Shown: positions 26,222 to 39,382 of the stretch, in pieces
Layout: every line of letters begins with the position of its first letter
Numbering within the stretch: the stretch's first letter is position 1
Assembly: GCA_013265495.1 (NCBI GenBank)
Contig: MU058531.1
Location: forward strand, 798,678-862,677
Direction: 5' to 3'
Source of the DNA: Vicugna vicugna
Lineage: Eukaryota
DNA: 64,000 nucleotides
Position numbers and translations under genes: made by a program
The notes under the pieces: model-generated
Databases searched by the model: none
Seen by the model: the letters and a program-made list of their open reading frames with translations, nothing else
What the model was told of the DNA's origin: nothing

Positions 26222-28624
26222 GTTTCTATTTTACTTACTAAACTACCAGGGAATTCCATCATTCCTTTACATTCCCACTAGTGTCTTGCCACTTCTCTTC
26301 TCTTTCCCTAGCAGGTCAGTCAGCCTCCTTCCATCATGGATGCCTGTCCCCTCTTTGGTATTGCCTTTATAACATAGAACCATCTAATTGCTTTTCAAAG
26401 AGAGAACTATCCAATATTTATCTATAAACAGCCCTGCCTTGTTGACATTTTCCTACTCAGAATGCAGAGTGCACCAGGCCACTGGGAGCCGGGTTTGGAG
26501 CTGGAAGATGGCATTGACCACACAACCCAAAGGGGATGCTGAGTTTCTCCCCCAAGACAAAGCAGGTGGCTATGGTACTGAGAGGGGGTTAGGCATGTAA
26601 AGAGGAGGTCATTACCTTTAGGGGGGGCAGCTGTGTAGAAGAATTGCTTCTATATAAAAGCAGACTTTTTGACCCATCAAACTCTAACATTGTAGTCAGT
26701 TTTAATTAAACTATTCAGTTGTAATCTAATGGGATTAAAAAGGTGGGGCCAAAGAAGTAGGTTAATAGCTAAGAAAAAGAGCTAAAACTTTAGACAGCAG
26801 ATGTTTCCATATTGGCAAGTAGAAGACAGAAAAAGGCAGCCAAAGAAAACTTGAAAATTGGGACTCTAATGTTCTATGGATTTCTGGCTTAAAATTTTCT
26901 ATTAAGTGACAAACGCCCTGGGGTCGGGGTCAGGGTATGGAAAGGCAGGACTTTCGTCTTCAGTATAAGCAAGTTTACAAGCTCCTTCCTTGGGAGCAGC
27001 ATTTGATAGGGATGGGTGAAAGCACAGGCCTTAACTTCGGAGGTGTAAAAAGAGGAATATGGAAGGTGTCTAAGGAAGCATGAAGTGATATTTTTGGAAG
27101 GAGACATTCTGCATTTTGTATGCTCATCTTAGCATGACCATGTTATAGCTTCCTTGGTCCTAGATCAAACCAGAAAAACTAGCACAATGTCAACGACAGA
27201 AAGCAATCTGAAAAGAGGGATGTTCCATGCATCTTGAGACCCTTCCTTAGGCCTACCTGACCTCTCATCTTGCCTCCTGGTGCTTCCCATAAGGTTTCCT
27301 CCCTTGCAGAAATGTTCTGGCCAATTAAAGAGGTTTGCTCTTGACACCCACATGCGTCTGTTACATTGTCCCTGCTTGTGATACCAAGATATGCTGCAAC
27401 TGCCATTTGCTTTCCGGTTATAACAAACATGGTCTGAGCTTTGTGGCCAATAATGGGCTTCAAAGCTTTGAACTTCAAAGAAACTGTGAAGCAGTGCTGC
27501 ACGCATTCCTCAGTTAAGAACCATGGTTGGGGAACAGGTATCTTCACTTGGCCCAGTAAGGACTACTTCTGATCCTACTCTGATGGCATCCCAAGAACAA
27601 GTGCCAAACCACAAGGGCTGGAAAGAGCCTTCAAGGAAGGCCAGGACGAGCACCAGATAAGTTAAAGTATTACTGTAATCACAGTTTACATACGTCCTAT
27701 ATCTTTATCTTTTTCTGTTCTAATAATAAATCCCTTTTTACTCATAAAACAAAGTATGAGAGCCTACTCCAGATGGTTTGAGGGGAAGAAATTAAATGGA
27801 CATCACACCTAGGTCTTCATTCCTAGGGAACCTCTGCCCACTGAAATAGCCAACAGGTCAGAACATCCGCTTACTTCCACGTTTTCCTTAGGTCTTGTGG
27901 AAAACCCCAGTGAAAAGCAGCACTGAACAAGGGAGTGGAGAAAACTGTGTTGGGGAAATTTGTCTTATGAGGAGAGGAATTGAAACTGTCCTGGGGAGGG
28001 TATGAAGAGTGCTTCTCTAAATTTAACATGTGATGTCCAGAGGGACCTAGATAAAACACAAAGATTCTAAAATAAATTGTTTGAAAGGCACTTCAGAAAC
28101 ATGGGTGGAGGTTATGAAAAAGAAGAACATTTTGATTAAGATTCAGCCTAGATTCAGGAAAAAAAAAAGGCGATGTCTTAATACCGGCTGTAGTCTTTGA
28201 AACTCTCTCTTTATTCCATGACAATGCTTCAGTGAGGACAATACACTCATTTTTCAAAAAAATTTGACATAGTTTAACTTCTGGAGATAATACTCAAAGC
28301 AAATGTCATAGAATAAAGGATAAAATAAAGTTTCCTGTATAGAAGACCTAGGACCACAAGATTAAAGAAAGTCCCAGGAAACGCCAGGATTTGCCTAACA
28401 CAGTTGGCTGAGCCTGTCATTTATGAGGTCAGGAGAAAGATCACATTTAAGCGCCTTAAGGAACAGTTACTGTCTCCGGGAAGACCCTTCTAACCCACCC
28501 AAACCGCCTTTAAATGTGTTTCTTCGGTCATAAAAGATGGAAAATGATGAGAAAGGGTACACAGGGAAGTCTAAAACCAAGTCCTTGTCCAAACCAGTGA
28601 ATGAATTGGTTGGAAAACGCTATC

Positions 28625-28862
28625 AGATAGTTAAGAATACTGTATTGTATTCCAAAAAGTTGCTACGAGGGTTGGTCTCCTAATCACAAAATAACCAGGT
28701 GGGAGGAAACTTTCGGAGGTGATGGATAGGTTTACAGCGCAGGCGGCGGGGATGGCTTCGTGGGCGTAGACTTCCCTCTAAACTCACCAAGTTGTATAAA
28801 TTAAGCCTGTACAGCTTTTTGTATGTCAATCATAATTCAATTAAGTGGTTTAAAAAAAAAGA
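28625..28862 (+). mobile_element. L1MB-like 3' end fragment
   Basis: 'ggaggaaactttcggaggtgatggatagg...gtacagctttttgtatgtcaatcat' followed by a poly-A tract. Confidence 0.8.
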
Positions 28863-29139
28863 TTAAAAGAAACTTCTGTCTGGTCTCTAATCCAGATTTT
28901 TTCACACTTGTTGGCCATTTCCAGTTGTTTCCTCCTACAAGTCTTTAGGAAAGTCTTTCTCAAAGACAAAAACACAGATAAAGACAGCTAGAGCATTGGG
29001 GAGCATACCAGTTCATCTACCAAGTTCTCTCTAGTTCCCCTTCTTTCTTACTCCCTCCCTTGCAGGAGTCTATCTACTACTTAAAATGACCCCTCTAGAG
29101 GTAGATACCCAGGACTTAATGAGACCCAATCTTCTCCCC

Positions 29140-29545
29140 TACCCACAACTGCCCAACCCACCGAGATGGACTTCTAGGGGCCTGATCTCCAATCCTTTGA
29201 AACTGGACTGGTTTTGGACCTCTGGCCTCAGCTGGACCAGTCACACATCCTCCTAAAGGAATCTGGAAGAGCAAGCCAAAGAGAGCCAGGCAGTCTCAGC
29301 CGTGGCTTGAAGTGTTAAGAACTAAAAATGAAGTCACCACAGGATAGCCCTACTCCTCCGTGCAGACTAGGAAGTAGAGAAAGCTGGTGAACAGAGAGAA
29401 GAGTGAGAAAAGAATGTGCAGAAGAGACAGAGTCCCGACTGAATTACTAATTTCCATTTTCAGCCATTGCTGTCCATGAAACACCTGTCTTTCTCTCTCC
29501 TTTTTGTTCATGTTGGCTCAAATTGTGGTCTCCTCCTTGTAACTC
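29140..29545 (+). mobile_element. Old MaLR LTR (MLT1J/K/L-like)
   Basis: Degenerate MLT1-like body ending 'tcctccttgtaact'; boundaries approximate. Confidence 0.5.
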
Positions 29546-30531
29546 ACTCCCCTTGACTAAACACACTCCCCTGGTCCCTCCTCTCTACTCCCCTCCTTCA
29601 CCATGGACACTTATCTCCCATGTCTTTTGAGTTCTCTGGCTCCTCATCTCCTATTCCCCCAAAGTGCTAACTTGGCAGTATCCTATCATTGCCTCTGAAA
29701 AGCTCTGGTATTTTGTCATTAAGAGTCTGAGCCAAAGGTGAAAAGGATTCTATTCATCTCCAAGTTACAGTGAGCCTGGAGGTATCTTAGTTATTGGTGA
29801 GAGAAGCTATAATGTAAAAACAATTTCTGAGGTGCCCTTAGGCAAAGCATGCCTTATCTACCAATCCTGCCAGCCCGGAACGGATCTGGAAGCCATGTGA
29901 ATTCTAAGGACCACACAGGCAACATTCAGAAACTAAATGAGGTCTTCCACACATCCTTTTCATTGTTATGTGTTCTTGGAAGTGTGGATACTTTTTGGCC
30001 AAATATTTCAAGGTCCTACTTCTCTGGATTCTGCTATACCATGATGTGGCTTCCAGGATGCCTCCTGATACCTGGGGGAAAAGAGACTCACCAGGAGTTC
30101 CCCCAGAAACCATGAAATTTCATAAGGTTCAGGCCATGTACCACAAACAGCTCTTCCTGAAGAGATACATTAGAACCTTTACTTATTAGTGGGTATTCCA
30201 GAATACAATGCTGTTGGAATCTGAGTAATCTAAAACTCTAATTTCCACGCAGTCTCCAGGCTCCCTCAGTAATTGTTTCATGTATCAGAAAAACATTCGA
30301 GCAGCTACAATATTCCAGTCACTGTAATATGGTTCATTGATTCAATAAACAGAATTATCCAAAAGTGACCTGGGGAGCACATTTTAGGTTGTCTGGACAG
30401 TTAGCTAATTGAGACAAAGGATTCTGCTTCCCCAGCAGAAGGGGTTACACCTGAAGTTAGCTCCTTATGGTACCAAGGGCTGCCTTCCCCAGGAGAGGAT
30501 GCTGTAAACTCCCATGGTTTAAAAAGAGAAA

Positions 30532-30870
30532 GTGTTATAGATTGTTTGTGTCCCCCCAGAATTCATGTCAGAAACCCTACCCTCCATGGTGATGGTATGA
30601 GGAGTTGGGACCTTTGCAGGGTAATTAGATGAAGTCGTGAGGGTGGGGCCCTCACAAATGGGATTAGTACCCTTACAGGAGTCCTGAGAGACTATCCCTC
30701 TCTGCTCACTGCCATGTGAGGATATGATGAAAAGTTGGCAACTTCTTTTGAACACAAAAAGGGTTCTCACCAGAATTTGACCATGCTGGCACCCTGATCC
30801 CAGACTCCAAGTCTCCAGAATTAAGAAATTTCTGTTGTTTATAACTCACTCAGTTTATGGTATTGTAGCA
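30532..30870 (+). mobile_element. MaLR LTR (MLT1A/B-like)
   Basis: 'tgttatagattgtttgtgtccccccagaattcatgt...catgctggcaccctgatcccagact...tttctgttgtttataa'. Confidence 0.85.
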
Positions 30871-30871
30871 G

Positions 30872-31330
30872 TGGAAAAGTTTTCTTCAGCCTTTTCTCGG
30901 GTCCCTGGCTGGGTCTGAGAATTCAACTGACAAAGACAGATTAACAGGAGAAAAGCACACAAATTTACTTATTGTAAGTTATATGAATGAGAACCTTTGT
31001 AAGGAGCTGAAGATCTAAAGAAATGGGTAAATGGGTATTTTTATGCTAGGATTCATGATGAGTAGACAGGGAGAAACATGATCAGGCAAAGAGTAGGAGG
31101 TAAGTGTAGCAGACAAGGGGGAATTTAGTAAAGCCTCTTTGGATGCCTCTGGGAGTCCCTTTGTCTTTGGAGATAAGGATGTTACAGGGAGTGATAGAAA
31201 AGGCAATCCTCACACAGGGTTTTATGACCTACTTCAGGGGAGTGGGGCAAAAAGGGGATGGGGGAGACTGTCAGAGTGACCTTACCTCCACCATTTTCTC
31301 AAACTCCAGCTGAAAATATACACTATGTAA
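30872..31330 (-). mobile_element. ERV1 (MER4-group-like) LTR abutting the MaLR LTR
   Basis: 'gacaaagacagattaacaggagaaaagcacacaaatttactt' resembles antisense ERV1 LTRs; ends approximate. Confidence 0.65.
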
Positions 31331-31428
31331 TCCATATATTTAATATTAGCATTGTATTAAATACTATAGTAAATACAGATTTTAATAAGCAATACAGATA
31401 TTTAATTGCTAATTAAGAGTAAGTGCTA

Positions 31429-32438
31429 AATATTTGCAAATGATGCCACTGACAAGGGCTTCGTTTCCAAAATATACTAACAGCTCACACAACTCAATAC
31501 CAACAACAAAAAAAACAATAAATGGACAGAAGACCTAAACAGGCATTTTTCCAAAGAACATACAGTTGGTCAATAGGCACGTGAAAAAGATGCTCAATAT
31601 CACTAATTATCAGAGAAATGAAAATCAAAACTACAATGAGGTATCACCTCACACCAGTCAGAATAGCCATCATTAAAAAGTCCACAAATGATAAATGCTG
31701 GAGAGGGTGTGGAGAAAAGGGGAATCTCCTACACTGTTGGTGGGAATGTAGTTTGGTGCAGCCATTAAGGAAAACAGTATGAAGATTCCTTAAAAAACTA
31801 AAAACAGACTTACCATATGATCCACCACTCCCACTCTTGAGCATATATCCAGAGAAAACTAATTTGAAAAGATACATGCACCCTAATGTTCATAGTGCTA
31901 TTATTTACAATAGCCAAAAACAACCTAAATGGAAACAACCTAAATGTCCATAGACAGATGACTGGATAAAGAAGTTGTGGTGTGTGTATATATGTAATGG
32001 AATACTGCTCAGTCATGAAGAATGAAATAATGCCATTTGCAGTAACATGGATGGACCTAGAGATTACCAATACTAAATGAAGTAAGTCAGACAGAGAAGA
32101 CAAATTATCATATGCTATCATTGAAATGTGGCATCTAAAAAAGTGACACAAATGAATTTATTTACAAAACATAAAGAGATTCACAGACATAGAGAACAAA
32201 CTAATGGTTACCAAAGGGGAAAGAGTGGGGAGGGACAAATTAAGAGTTTGGGATTTGCAGATGTTGATGACCATATATAAAATAAACAAGAAAGTCCTAC
32301 AGTATAGCACAGGGTACTACATTATCTTGTAATAACCTATAATGAAATATATATACATATATGTGTATAATTGAATCACTGTGCTGTACACCAAAAACAA
32401 CATTGTAAGTCAACTATACTTCAGTAAGTAAATAAATA
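31429..32438 (+). mobile_element. 5'-truncated L1 (about 1 kb ORF2 C-terminus plus 3' UTR, cetartiodactyl type)
   Basis: Canonical 'tatcacctcacaccagtcagaatagccatcattaaaaagtccacaaatgataaatgctggagagggtgtggag', 3' UTR 'atggttaccaaaggggaaag', and imperfect TSD aagagtaagtgcta / aagaataaatgcta. Confidence 0.92.
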
Positions 32439-32452
32439 AAGAATAAATGCTA

Positions 32453-32730
32453 TGAAAGTGGTAGAGAGAATTCTGTGACAGAGGATAAAGGTGGAGACCA
32501 GCTTAGGTGAGATTTTTCAGGGAAAACCTGGCTGAGGAGGGAAGATAAATGACACCTGATAGATGAACGGGCCAGCCAGCCAAGTGAAGAGCCAGGGGTA
32601 GGACAGCCGGGACTGAGGGCATAGCACAGAGGATGCCTCCGGGGGAGGAAATAACCTGTGGTCGAAAGGAGCTCAGAGGAGGGCAGTGCAGCTGAGGAGG
32701 TAAAGAGGAGGAAGAAATGGTTTGAGATGA
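32453..32730 (-). mobile_element. L2 fragment
   Basis: Purine-rich antisense L2-like text ('cagggaaaacctggctgaggaggg', 'gagggcatagcacag'). Confidence 0.55.
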
Positions 32731-35700
32731 AACTGTCGAAGAACTAACTACAACCCCATCACTATTCAAAGTCCACGCATCACCCTGGTTTGGCCCCTGG
32801 AATGGAAGCTCTTCTGTCTTTCACAACAATCCCAAGTCTAGTCAAAGGCAGTGCTGTCAGATTTCTCCAGTTTGCCAGTCCAAGGGTTACTGTCACTGAG
32901 CAGTCCCCCAGGGTGGAAGCACTTCCCCCCATATACTTTCCACCATGTAGAAAGGGTAGGTTTAGGAAACACTCCTCTCACCACTATGATGTTCACATGC
33001 TAGACTTGCATCCAAAATGGGGAGGATAATGATGCTGCTGATTACAACCAAGAGCTAATACTTGTTGGTTACCATGTGCCAGAATCCAGGTGAAATACTT
33101 TACAATTTAATCCTCACAAGCATATATACTTCTCACAGAGCCAGAGCCAGGGCTATTGAGAGACTATCTGTGCGAGAAGGAGGTTATGAAAGGTCACGTT
33201 TTCTTTTCAGTACATTTGTCATAATGGCATGATATACTGGGTGCCAAAGCATGTTTACATTACAGCATCATTGTTTTAGCAATAAAATATAAGAATGTTT
33301 AGGAATGTCCTTGAACTGGGCTTGGGAGCTCACGGTTCACAAAGCAAACACACTGCTTTCAACGTTCTCCAAACAAGAATCTTAAAATCTGGCAGCTGAT
33401 AGAAACTTTATGACGAAATAAGTAGGACTTTCTTAAAGAGAAGCACTTGTGGTCCTCAAGTCTGGAAGTCAGAGAAAAAGTGGTTGTACTGTCTTCCTTA
33501 TAAGGGGTAGTTATGAAGGAGAAGCATTTCTTTTAGATATTTCTAGTCTTGTTCTAGTCCAGTCTATTTTCTATGGTGCAGACAGCGAATTTTTATAATT
33601 TCTTTTCAATTGTCTTGCTGAATTAATCTGTAAAAGTAAAATTATCTCCTCCAGCCCCAGTATCTTCTTCTTTCCCAGGCACTGAGGTGGATAGTGCAGC
33701 TTGAACCACTAGAAAATGCTCTTCCCAAAGCATGCCTCAGGGGTTCCCTGCAGTACCCGTGCGCACTGAGAACTAGCAGCCTCGGCTGTTCTACTGGACC
33801 GACCTCGGGATGCTCCTGACTCTCATCTCCATCCTCTCGTTCTCCTTGGATTTGCCGCATGCCTTCTGTTTTCCCACCGCAGCTCTACACCTGCCTATGT
33901 TGGTTAACACCCTCTCCTGGTTTAGTTTAATCCTAGAGCTTCCGTGTAGGGAGTGACCGCCAACCTCACCACTCAGCTTACCCTGAAATGCCAGTGAGCC
34001 ATGACCCTGCAGAATTTATCTTTTGATTTTTTTCAGGCAAGCACTTTCGGACATTGCCCTCAAGAATGATTTCTGAAGCAAAGGCCACTATTAGAGTAGG
34101 GAAATTTGGTAGGATCTTTAGAAAAGCTGCCAAATCAGTAATGCCCAGCACAAATGCCACGTGTAGCTTCCAGCCTCAAGTGCTTCCTCTTGCCTGGACC
34201 TAGGACAACCTGAGCCTCTCTCCTCTCTACCTCTGCTGTCCTCCAAGTCCTTGAGCTCTTCAGGAAGAATATACCTTCCATTTCCTCATAAATCATTGAA
34301 GTGTATTTAATGAATTCAATTTTGTCTTAAGAAACACAAGCAGTATCACTGATCCCCCAAAAGATAATTTTCCTGGTAATTCAGGAACAACTAATGCCTG
34401 AGGAATTTTGAAGACATAACAGAAAGGAAAGGAAGCTAGCATTTACTGTCTAACTGCTTTTAGACACATGCATGCTGAACTAGCTACGCTGTGCAGTTTT
34501 ATCCCTAAGCCCAACCTGCATGTGCCTGAGCCAGTTCACAGAAGAGCATGAAGCTCTCTGGGTTTGTACTGTAGAAATCCCCTTTAAATCTTCTTCAGTT
34601 AGTTCCTTGGGGGTCTGTCTGTCTTACTCACCATGATATTCCCAATGTTAGACACATAGGTAGACACTAAATATTTCTGAAATGAGTATGTTTTTCTGAC
34701 TGTAAAAACAACATGCAAATATGGTAGGAAATGTCAATACCACAAAATCGTATGGCTTAAAAAGTGATCATTTCCTCAGAATTACACCTCCTCCCCCAAC
34801 AATACAAGCACTGTACCCAGTGGGATGAATTGCTGTCTCACTTGCACACTGGCCCCCTTCCAGGTCATGCTCTAACTGAAATCTCATTCTCTCTTCCTTC
34901 TCCTGGCTCCTATTTGTCATCGCACTTCCCCTAGGGTGGGTATCTGCCATTCGAATCTAACGCCACCACTTTCCTTGGATAATGTTCTCCTGTCATGGGA
35001 ATGATGCATTCTCGACTGGGGCTGCCAGTAACAGGACCTCCCTCCCCTAGCCTCAGTGATCTTGGTCTTGGTGTAGAACATCCAAGAAAGTTCCTGGCCA
35101 CAAGCCCCAATTCCCACAAAATAAAAAGCAGCCTATTCATCAGACCAGCCTGGCTCTCAATAATTAAGTCAGCCTTAAACCACCTCCAGCCCACTTGAAT
35201 CACGTAAGTCTACAGAGAGACTGCAGAGCCGGTCTCCTCAGAGACTCTCCATGCATCCTAGCCTGATGGGAAATATGATTGGATTCACTGACAGATGTTT
35301 GCAACACCGATTTGTTCCTGCTGACAGTAAGGCCCTCATCAGCCACAGGCAACGTATAGCAGTTTCACTTCTTTTCTGGTTTCCTGTCAACTCTTTCTGG
35401 GTGCTCTGGGTGGACGAATGTGGTCAACTGCCTCCAACAGGAAATGTCTGTTGCCTCAGTCACCAATTCCAAAGACTAACACTGACATTCTATCCCGAAG
35501 TATCTTCATCACATAGAAGGACATATCCTTGTTGGGTTAAAAATTTTATGTGCAATAGATAATTAGGGATGACCAAAGCAACAGTTCTTCAACTCCCTAT
35601 TTTACTATTACAAACTTCAAAATATTTTCCATCTAAAAGTCAACTCCCACTTTCCATCTAAGAATAAACTCCCCTTCCCACTATTTCTCAAAATAATTTT

Positions 35701-36534
35701 TTTAAAATAAACTGAAGCCAGTGTGTCATAAAATGAGAATTTACTGCACGATGAAATCTTAAGAGAACCAGGCTCAGATCTCGGTCTTTAAAGAGCCCAG
35801 GTAGCACTCTTCACTGCTGAGTCTCTACTTCCAGTGAAGCACATCCAGTCTAGTTGCACAGAGTTCAAAGATGGAGCCCACAGGGTTTGGGGTAAGTTTC
35901 TGCAGTTCATTTCTTACCCCTGAAACTTGCACCCAAACTTCAAAGCTGTAAATATTCTCAGAGTTGATTTGACAGGGACGTAGGGAAAAAAAAGAAATTT
36001 CATAGAATTAGAGTACAGAGCCTTTCACTTCAATTCATCAAGACCAATTTAATCAAAAGCAGGAAAAAAAAATAAAGGCACTCGGAACACCAGCACTATT
36101 TTTTTTCTTTTTTTCTTTTTAAGAAATAGGGGTCCAAATCACACAGCGAGTAGTTTTCCTTTCTCAAAATGAGACAGTTAAACCTCTATCAACAGGTGAC
36201 ATTACTTCTCATAGAGGTAGATATCATGATGGTGAAGACCCTGGCTGTACCACCCGCCAGTGAAACTTTTATAATGGAGGTAGTGCACGACCTCAGTAAG
36301 CAGAAGGGCTTAAGAAAAAGATAATAGAAGGTTATCTATTTGGAGCCTTTTTCCCAAACTAGTTTAGGAGTACCACCCTCAGTGCATACCACCAGGGAGT
36401 TGACCCCTAAAATCATTTAGAGCCTTTGTTACACAAATTTCCTTTAGGAGTTTAAGTGAAATGCCTGTTAAGATGAAGTAGTTTTGCAATAAAGTCCTTT
36501 TTGCTAAAATTCTGTTTTTTCTCATTCTGTACAT

Positions 36535-36987
36535 TGTAAAATAAAATTCGTATTTTATGGCAAGATGAGAAAAATTTACACATGAAAATTACTTTTCTCT
36601 GCCCTTTTGGCCTCTTCTCACCCCTCTACTGTGCACTGTGTATCCGCATTATACATCAACAAAACCTCCCCCATCAGCAGAAATCCCTGCTCAACCATAA
36701 AGAGGAATATTTTCCTAGTATCAGCAAGACAACTCCTTAAAAGGTAACATTCCTTTTTAACCATGTAAGGGGCCACGATGACACTTTGATCTGGATTATT
36801 TAAACTGTCAATAATATGTCATTTAATGTACTGCCCTCTCCTCAAAAAACGTAACTGTGCCTTGACTTCTAACGGGTGAAACAGTTCTTAGAGTTTTCTG
36901 AGATGCAGTTCCTCGGTTACAATCCTCAACTTGGCTCAAATAAATTATTCCATTTCTTTCTTAGATCGACCTATTAATCTGTCGACA
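36535..36987 (+). mobile_element. 5' LTR of a truncated ERV1-like provirus
   Basis: tgtaaa...gtcgaca termini, AATAAA near 36939, followed after 4 nt by a primer-binding site. Confidence 0.85.
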
Positions 36988-36991
36988 TGTG

Positions 36992-37009
36992 TGGCATAGC
37001 CAGCAGGGT
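36992..37009 (+). promoter_or_regulatory. Retroviral primer-binding site, tRNA-Ser type (degenerate)
   Basis: tggcatagccagcagggt versus TGGCGTAGTCGGCAGGAT (complement of a tRNA-Ser 3' end): 14/18 matches, all mismatches transitions, two of them at CpGs. Confidence 0.75.
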
Positions 37010-37020
37010 ATGAAAGATAC

Positions 37021-37036
37021 CCACCAGAGGGCACTG
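37021..37036 (+). promoter_or_regulatory. Candidate CTCF-binding motif in ERV leader
   Basis: ccaccagagggcactg matches the CTCF core CCASYAGRKGGCRS at every position; binding is not demonstrable from sequence. Confidence 0.45.
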
Positions 37037-38893
37037 GGAATCTACCCAGAACTGGCATTTGGCACCAGCACGGCCCCACTGAGCCCCCCTGGCTTCTCGG
37101 TCCACCTCAGGTGTTCTAGTGAGTTCTTCTGATCTCCAGATCTCACTGATGATCCTGAAAATTGTATTCAAGCTGTTTTACTTAAGACTTGGGAGTCTTA
37201 GGGGACACCCTAGCATTTCCTAGGCAGGACCTAGAGGGTCAGGGCAAGAGGTTCAGGGAAACACGTGGCTGGGTTTTGTTAAATTTGGCTTAAATCAAAA
37301 AAGAAAATGAGTTGATATATAATCTGAACAAAACTTTTGCTAGTGACATGAGACTGAAACATTCAGCTCTGAAGAACAAGGGAGGCGCACCACAACCAGT
37401 AAGTTAACACTCTCAAGGGGGTGGGAGAGGACAGAGGCTGATAACCTAGTGCTCCGATCACTGATGGCAATTTTAGGCTTTCCCAGGGAGACACCGAGCC
37501 ACGCTGAAGAGTCAAACTGACCCAAGGGTGATTCCTTGGGAAGCTAGACTCAGAAGCAGCACATGTGTGATCCACCACACTGTCCTTAAAAAGCTGTTTA
37601 GATCATATCTCCTATCTGAATTAGGCTACAAAATTAATACTGAGAAATTGTGCCTCGGAGGCCAAATAATTCCCATGCAAAGAGCCACCTGTGGGAATAC
37701 CAGCTGGGTTTATACATGCATGCAAGTACTTAACGGGAACTAAAGGAAATGGGGCCCTGAAATGGCCAAGATGGGGTTCTTCCGGTGCTCTAAAGCATTT
37801 TTCACACACAGTTGAAGCCAGCAGTCTTCTGGACCTGTGCCTGTGGGGTCTACTGGAAACAGTGTTAAGTGTTTTTCTCTTTTCTAAAATTAGATTAGCA
37901 GGGGAAAATAGTTGTAGGGCTAGCTCCTTGGATCCTTTGGAGAAACTACTAAATAGTTAAAATTTTTAGAGAGCTCTGATGTTAAACTATTTACCTATTT
38001 TCATTCATATGCAGAAGCCCCAACAGCCTTCAAAATTCCAAAGCAGCCTCATTGAAAGATTTGTTACAGAAGGCTAATGAAAAGTTAATGATATACAAGG
38101 TACCTAAAACTTTAACTACTGCTCCCTTCTATCCTCCTCTGAACTCTCTTTCTAGCAATCTTTCCAATTGCCTTTCCACTCTGAAGACACCACTAAATGG
38201 TGACCTCCAGAAATGGGACCACCTAGGGCTGTGGATGAGCCTCTTCAGATCAAAGGCTGAACTGAGGGCCTTAGTTACAGAATTTCTTAAAGCCAAAGGG
38301 GATTCTCAATAGTGTTTATAAATGAATTACCAAGACAGGAGGTCACCAGTCTGACTAAACTGACTGCAGCTGATATTTAAAGTCTGATAGCAATTGTGGG
38401 CAGAGGGGAGGGAGCTTACCCCTAAGCTAAATGAGGGACACACTGGTAAATGGGCATGTCAGTCCTTTCATATCATTGAGGTGGCCACCTCATTCTTTGA
38501 GGATAAAGCAACTATCCTTGTTTTACAAATCTAATCTTTACAGGACCAGAGTTAGAGCCCAGAAACAATCCAAAGCCCACCAATCCTTTACCCCTCCCCA
38601 AACCATCTCCCTGTTTATCTCAAAACTTGTCCTCACATCTCGCTGCTGCTCCTCTTCACAACTCGCACCCTCTCTGCCATATTCCCAGCAAATGAGTCTA
38701 CGTGTAGCTAAAATTAAAGAGATTATTCCTGTGAAATGTTTAGTAATGAGTACACAAATGTCACCTGAGGAAGTGTAAACTGTTTTGAGCACAATTACAT
38801 TTTGACAAAGGAATACCACTGGTAACACACTAAAATGTCAACTCACTTATCCAAGGCAGCCTGGCCAGCTTTCCAGTCATTTTGCCAGTAATA

Positions 38894-38971
38894 CTTGATC
38901 TCAAATAACACAAGGTTGAACCGTGCAGGTCCACTGATACACGGATTTTTTTTTTTTTCAGTAGTAAATAC
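38894..38971 (-). mobile_element. Tigger2a-like terminal fragment
   Basis: 'aacacaaggttgaaccgtgcaggtccactgatacacggattttt..cagtagtaaatac' is the reverse complement of the right end of the elements at 54358 and 56629. Confidence 0.7.
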
Positions 38972-39382
38972 CTTGGCTGCAACAGAACGTGCAGGTGCAG
39001 GGCGGGTGCTGCTGCGGGGCAGCTATTGTTGTGGTGAAAATGATGCTGATAACAATGACAAAGCAATGGCAGAGATGGTGGTTGTGTGTGTGTGTCTGTG
39101 AATGAATAAACTTAGAATGTCCAGCAAATGTTCTTTGAATAGAACGGTGGCTCATCCATAAATGTCAGCCAAGAGGTGCTTGGTGTTCTTGTGGCTATCA
39201 CTGGTCATGATGCAGGAAGGGAATTAGTCATTGATGAAGATAAGGGGCCACTAGCTCTAGAGTTCAAGAATAGAGTGTGACTCTCTGATAAGGTCCTGAG
39301 AGCATGACAAATGCCAATTAGTTCTATTAATTGTTCAAGGAAGTAAGAAATGCGATGTCTATAGCCATGTTTTTGTCTTATA

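Larger units (their letters stand above)
36988..38390 (+). mobile_element. ERV1 internal region: leader and degraded gag, 3'-truncated
   Basis: Follows the LTR and includes the PBS; frame 38052-38312 gives APFYPPL (YPxL-like) and SKAELRALVTEF.K.K.D, resembling the start of a class I ERV capsid; no pol, env or 3' LTR is seen. Confidence 0.7.

Noticed and set aside
31644..32151. ORFs resembling common 'hypothetical proteins'
   Set aside because: Antisense translations of an L1 3' region.
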